Below, one piece after another: positions 59,705 through 64,000 of a DNA stretch of 64,000 bases. The position numbers were made by a program, and so were the translations under genes. Source of the DNA: an uncultured delta proteobacterium (GTDB lineage: Bacteria; Desulfobacterota; Binatia; Binatales; Binataceae); contig CAVRVY010000001.1 in NCBI GenBank assembly GCA_963724765.1, positions 1,216,001 to 1,280,000 of the forward strand. Direction: 5' to 3'. Under the pieces are notes generated by a model, which saw nothing but the letters and a program-made list of their open reading frames with translations, was not told the DNA's origin and ran no database searches. Position 1 is the first letter of the stretch, and each line of letters opens with the position of its first letter.

Positions 59705-61081
59705 ATGGTTGAGCCGCGCGACGTCGTCGTGATCGGCGGCGGGTTCGCCGGGCTGAGTGCCGCCGTCGCGCTTGCCAACCGGGGCTTTCGCGTCGCCGTG
59801 CTCGAAAGCAAGCCGGCGCTGGGCGGCCGCGCTTACTCTTTCGCCGACGCCGAGACCGGTGATTTCGTCGACAACGGCCAGCACGTGCTGATGGGATGCT
59901 ACGCCGAGACGCTCAAATTTCTCGACCGTATCGGTCAAAGCGGCCAGTTGGTGTTTCATCCCAACCTCGCAATCGAGATGCTCGAGAGCGACGGGCGCGC
60001 CGGCGTCCTCAAAACTGCGCGCCTACCGGGCCCTCTGCACATGACCGCCGCGCTGATGCGCTACGAGTTGCTGACACCCCGCGAGCGGGTGAGCGCGATG
60101 GTGGCGGGGCTCAGGATGCTGCGGATGCGTCGCCACGACCGCGCACGCCTGGGCCAGGCGACCGTCAAGACGTTGATGGACTTGCTGGGGCAGGGCGAAC
60201 GGGCGCGGCAATGCCTGTGGTATCCACTGGCGATCGCGACGCTCAACGAGGATCCCGAACTCGCCTCGGCCGCGCTGCTGGCCGAAGTACTGAAGCGCGC
60301 GTTTTTCTCGCGCCGCTCTGATTCCGCCTTCGTCTACGCCAAGGTCGGGCTGAGCGACCTCTATTGCCCCGGCTCCGTGCGGGTGATCGAGGCGAGTGGC
60401 GGCCTGGCCGAGACCCGCGCCGTCGTCGAGGTGCTGGAGTTCGGCGCGGAGGGCAAAATCACGGGCGTGCGGTTGCGCGACGGACGCCGTTTGCAGGCCG
60501 CCAACTTTATCGCCGCGGTTCCGCCCGCGCAGCTTGCGCGCCTGCTGCCCGAAGGGGCGGCCGCAGATCCGTTTTTCGCGCACCTGGGTGAGATCACTTC
60601 GTCGCCGATCATCTGCGTCCATGCCTGGTTCGATCGTGAAATCACCGCCGCGCCCTTCGTTGGCTTCGTGGGCACCACCACGCAATGGCTCTTCAACAAG
60701 CGCCGCATATTTTCCGACCATGGCGAACGCGCCAACGGCTATTTGAGTTTCGTTATCAGCGGCGCGCGCAAGCTGGTTGACACCAGCAACGAAGCCCTGC
60801 TTGACCTGGTCACCGGCGATTTGAATGCGATGATTCCGGGCTCCCGCGACGCCCATCTGCTCAAGGCGTTGGTGCTCAAGGAGAAACAGGCCACGATGGC
60901 GCCGTCGCCCGAGTGCGATCGCCTGCGGCCGAGCCTGGCGACGCCGATCTCGAATTTTTTTCTCGCCGGCGACTGGATTCAGACCGGCCTGCCGGCGACG
61001 ATCGAGAGCGCCGTCGCGTCGGGGCATGCCGCGGCTGCCGCCGTTGCCGCGCGCGTTGGCGATCCGGTGCGTCCGGCCTGA
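59705..61081 (+). CDS. hpnE: Hydroxysqualene dehydroxylase HpnE
   Basis: GGGFAGL, GGRAYS, DNGQH, AGDW..TGLPATIESA motifs. Confidence 0.92.
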   Translation: MVEPRDVVVIGGGFAGLSAAVALANRGFRVAVLESKPALGGRAYSFADAETGDFVDNGQHVLMGCYAETLKFLDRIGQSGQLVFHPNLAIEMLESDGRAGVLKTARLPGPLHMTAALMRYELLTPRERVSAMVAGLRMLRMRRHDRARLGQATVKTLMDLLGQGERARQCLWYPLAIATLNEDPELASAALLAEVLKRAFFSRRSDSAFVYAKVGLSDLYCPGSVRVIEASGGLAETRAVVEVLEFGAEGKITGVRLRDGRRLQAANFIAAVPPAQLARLLPEGAAADPFFAHLGEITSSPIICVHAWFDREITAAPFVGFVGTTTQWLFNKRRIFSDHGERANGYLSFVISGARKLVDTSNEALLDLVTGDLNAMIPGSRDAHLLKALVLKEKQATMAPSPECDRLRPSLATPISNFFLAGDWIQTGLPATIESAVASGHAAAAAVAARVGDPVRPA

Positions 61082-61088
61082 GGCGCTT

Positions 61089-62120
61089 ATGGCTTCGCGA
61101 ATCGCAATGGTTACGGGCGCCAACGGCTTCGTAGGATGCTACGTGGTGCGGGCATTGCTCGCGCGTGGGACCGCGGTGCGCGCGCTGGTGCGCAAGGGCG
61201 CCGATTTGCGCGCGCTTGAAGGTTTGCCGTGCGAGTTTGCCTGGGGCGACCTGCGCGATGCCGCCGCGGTGGAGCAGGCGATGCGCGGATGCGACGAGGT
61301 GTACCACGTCGCCGCGGATTACCGGCTATGGGTGCTCGACGCCGCGCCGATGTACGCCGCCAACGTCGAGGGCACTCGCAACGTCCTGGCCGCGGCGCAT
61401 CGCGCCAACGTCCGTCGCGTGGTCCATACCAGCACGGTCGGCGCAATCGGCATCCCGCACGGCGAATCCGGGCGCGAGGACTCGCCGGTTTCGCTCGACG
61501 ACATGGTGGGACCTTACAAACGATCGAAATTTCTCGCCGAGCAGGAGGCGCTCAAGGCGGCGCGTGAGGGGGTGCCAGTCGTGATCGTCAATCCGTCCAC
61601 GCCGATCGGCCCCAACGATTACAAGCCGACGCCGACCGGACGCATAATCGTCGATTTCCTGAATCGCCGGATGCCGGCCTTTATGGACACCGGGCTCAAC
61701 CTGGTCGACGTCGAAGACGCGGCCGCCGGCCATCTGCTGGCCGCCGAGCGCGGCGTAGTCGGCGAGAAATATATCCTGGGCGGCGAAAACCTAACGCTGG
61801 AGCAGATGCTGGGCCGCCTGGCGAAGCTGTCCGGTCTGAGCGCGCCCAGGATTCGCGTGCCGTACGCGGTTGCGTGGACCTTCGCGCTCGGCGCCGAGGC
61901 GGTCGCGCGCACGATTACCCGGCGCGCGCCGCGTGCGAGCCTGACCGAGGTTCGGATGGCGCGTAAGGTGATGTTCTTCGATTCCACCAAGGCGCGCACG
62001 GCGCTGGGATATGCTCCGCGGCCGATCGACGACGCGCTTGCGCGCGCGATCGAGTTCTTCCATTCAATCGGCGCAGTGCACGAAGCTTCGCGCGGCCGTC
62101 AGCGCCGGCGTCCGGCCTGA
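61089..62120 (+). CDS. hpnA: Hopanoid-associated sugar epimerase / NAD-dependent dehydratase
   Basis: HVAADYRLW, YKRSK, NPSTPIGP.D.KPTPTG motifs. Confidence 0.9.
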   Translation: MASRIAMVTGANGFVGCYVVRALLARGTAVRALVRKGADLRALEGLPCEFAWGDLRDAAAVEQAMRGCDEVYHVAADYRLWVLDAAPMYAANVEGTRNVLAAAHRANVRRVVHTSTVGAIGIPHGESGREDSPVSLDDMVGPYKRSKFLAEQEALKAAREGVPVVIVNPSTPIGPNDYKPTPTGRIIVDFLNRRMPAFMDTGLNLVDVEDAAAGHLLAAERGVVGEKYILGGENLTLEQMLGRLAKLSGLSAPRIRVPYAVAWTFALGAEAVARTITRRAPRASLTEVRMARKVMFFDSTKARTALGYAPRPIDDALARAIEFFHSIGAVHEASRGRQRRRPA

Positions 62121-62138
62121 TTGGAACCGGAGCCGGCG

Positions 62139-63038
62139 ATGCATCTGCTGCTTTCGACCATTACCCTGCGGCCGTATGTGTTCGTGTTCCTGGGATGTTA
62201 CCTGGCGATCGCGATCGTCAACTTCGGCTTGCGCACTACGGTCCTGTTCACGGTGCTGACGTACACGGTGGCGTGGGCCTGCGAATGGAGTTCGGTGCAC
62301 AACGGGTTTCCGTTCGGGCTCTACCATTACATTCCGGCGACGCGCGGCCGTGAGATCTGGGTCGCCGGCGTGCCGTTCATGGACTCGATCTCGTTCACCT
62401 TTCTCTCCTTTGCGAGCTACACGGTCGCGCTGCTGCTGAGCGCGCCGCTTTACCGGCGCGGGGTTGACCTGCGCACGCTCGACACCTGGGAGGTCAGGCG
62501 TTCGCCGCGAGTGTGGCTGATGGCGGCGCTGTTCATGGTGATGATCGACATGGTGGCCGACCCGGTGAGCGTGCTCGGCGAACGCTGGTTTCTCGGCAGG
62601 ATTTTCTGGTACGACCCGCCGGGGCCGCATTTCGGCGTACCGATCAGCAACTACCTCGGATGGTTTTTCGTCGCGGCGGTGAGCGTGGCGATTTTCCAAT
62701 GGCTGGACCGCCGGCTCAATCACGGCGGGAGCAAACCGCTGGGCGCGGTGCCGGCGGCGCCGTCGCGCGCGCTTTGGGGACCGGGGCTGTATGCCGGAAT
62801 CGTCGGGTTCACAATCGTAATGTTGTTTCGTGTCGGCGCGCCTGAAATTGCCTGGGCCGGAATTTTTATCTTCCTCCCGATGCTGGCGCTGGGGCTCCAT
62901 ATCGTGACTCGCGCCGAGTGCTGGGGCGACGCCGGCGCCGTGGAGCGCCATCTGGCGGACTTCCCCTACGAGCGATCGCTTGCGGTGTGGAGCGCGGCCG
63001 CGCCGCGGCCTTCGGCTGGACGCCGGGGGGCTGCGTAA
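62139..63038 (+). CDS. CruF/DUF422-like membrane protein (carotenoid hydratase family)
   Basis: E.SS..NGFPFG.YHY, D...DP, GVPISNYLGWF motifs. Confidence 0.8.
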   Translation: MHLLLSTITLRPYVFVFLGCYLAIAIVNFGLRTTVLFTVLTYTVAWACEWSSVHNGFPFGLYHYIPATRGREIWVAGVPFMDSISFTFLSFASYTVALLLSAPLYRRGVDLRTLDTWEVRRSPRVWLMAALFMVMIDMVADPVSVLGERWFLGRIFWYDPPGPHFGVPISNYLGWFFVAAVSVAIFQWLDRRLNHGGSKPLGAVPAAPSRALWGPGLYAGIVGFTIVMLFRVGAPEIAWAGIFIFLPMLALGLHIVTRAECWGDAGAVERHLADFPYERSLAVWSAAAPRPSAGRRGAA

Positions 63039-63050
63039 CTCCGCAATCCC

Positions 63051-63803
63051 TCACGCGCCGGGATGGCTCAGCGCCTCGAGCGCGGCAGCCAGCGCCGCCG
63101 TCGCGCGATTGAGGCTCCGCATCATGCGCGCCAGCCCGATCACCGCCGCGGGGTTGCGCAGCACGAAGCTCGCGGCCGCCAGCGGCCGCACTTCGCCGTC
63201 GGGCCCCGCCAACTCCGCGCCCACGATTTCCTCGTCAACGGTGTCGAGCACCGCGCGCACGCAGGCGAAGCGCAATCCGCGTCGATGCGCCTCGGCGGCG
63301 ACGGCGGCGCTTTCCATGTCGACCGCGCGCGCGCCGGTTCTGCGCCGGGCGTCGCGCTTGGCGGCGCCGTCCTTGAGAATCCGCGCCGCGGTCAGGATCG
63401 TTCCGGTTGTGAACGCGAGCCGATGCGCCTCCAGCGCGGCCGTGAAGCAGGCGAGGTGGGCGGGAGGGATCGCGATCGTCGCCGGCGGGGGATCGGAACG
63501 CTCTCCGTCGAGGATCAGGCGATCGGCGAGCACCAGGTCGCCGGGTTTAAGCTCCTCGCTGAGTGCTCCCGCAAGACCGGCCGCAATTATGAGGTCCGCC
63601 GAGAGATCTTCCGACGCGAACGCGCGGCGCGCCACGTCGGCAGCCCGGTGGATTCCGAGCCCCGTGGCGATACCGATGATTTCCGTGGCGCCTAGCCGGG
63701 CGCGAAATCCTCGCAGCCCGTCGATTCCGAGCGCCGTGCGGTCCGCAAGGCGGCGCTTGAAAGCGGCCGCTTCGCGCGCGAATGCGTAAAAGATAAGAAT
63801 CAC
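63051..63803 (-). CDS. Nucleoside phosphorylase-like protein (HpnG-like)
   Basis: TGLG, GLAGAL..L.PGD, AVDMESAA, VRAVLD motifs; hopanoid context. Confidence 0.8.
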   Translation of the reverse strand: MILIFYAFAREAAAFKRRLADRTALGIDGLRGFRARLGATEIIGIATGLGIHRAADVARRAFASEDLSADLIIAAGLAGALSEELKPGDLVLADRLILDGERSDPPPATIAIPPAHLACFTAALEAHRLAFTTGTILTAARILKDGAAKRDARRRTGARAVDMESAAVAAEAHRRGLRFACVRAVLDTVDEEIVGAELAGPDGEVRPLAAASFVLRNPAAVIGLARMMRSLNRATAALAAALEALSHPGA

Positions 63804-63916
63804 CGGGGTTTCAGCTTGAGCCGCGTCGCGCTTACCAGCAAAATTGCGCCAGTGGGGGCGCGCGTCAACAGGATTGTGACACAAGCGCGGCGGGTTGTGC
63901 GCGCGCGACCGCGTCG

Positions 63917-64000
63917 ATGACGGAAGCGAAGTCCGTCATCTTCACCGCCGACGATTTTGGCGCTTCCGCCGAAGTCAACGCCGGTATCCTGCGGGCTCAT
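63917..64000 (+). CDS. ChbG/HpnK family deacetylase, 5' end (runs off the window)
   Basis: MTEAKSVIFTADDFGASAEVNAGILRAH. Confidence 0.8.
   Translation, partial: MTEAKSVIFTADDFGASAEVNAGILRAH

Noticed and set aside
55775-61123. Long minus-strand ORFs (271-459 aa) opposite shc, dxr, hpnC and hpnE
   Set aside because: Shadow ORFs expected in very GC-rich coding DNA
61069-62120. Identical 13-mer GCGTCCGGCCTGA ending both hpnE and hpnA
   Set aside because: Only two short GC-rich copies; likely coincidence
1-64000. CRISPR array, rRNA or prophage genes
   Set aside because: No regularly spaced repeats, rRNA-like sequence or phage structural genes seen

Overview
GC-rich bacterial window with two halves. 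The gene repertoire suggests a Candidatus Binatota / deltaproteobacteria-like organism, which is inference only. (1) 1-26.6 kb is a visibly lower-GC, Wzx/Wzy-type exopolysaccharide/capsule island, all on the minus strand: wza, wzc, GDP-mannose 3,5-epimerase-like, WecB/TagA, WbaP-like, wzy, GT9, wzx, several methyltransferases, GT2s, deacetylase, GNAT and a beta-helix protein. It abuts the 3' end of tRNA-Pro(GGG) and contains many gene fragments plus IS256 and IS3 scars. (2) 26.9-64 kb is core-like DNA. It holds coaX and panC (with a structured, terminator-ended leader), and an intact 2,320-bp IS1595-family element (25-bp TIRs, 8-bp TSD) whose cargo is a HEPN-like gene overlapped by a chain of antisense ORFs. 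Next come a divergent lipid head-group cluster (CDP-alcohol phosphotransferase, B12 radical SAM, HAD, NTP transferase, ATP-grasp, aminotransferase), and a CxxC/RAPP leader ORF ahead of a TonB-dependent receptor-exbBD-tonB-ZIP operon. The window ends in a large hopanoid operon (hpnH, ispA, Zn-ADH, shc, dxr, hpnCDE, hpnA, CruF-like, hpnG-like, start of hpnK). All calls come from motif recognition by eye; no searches were run.
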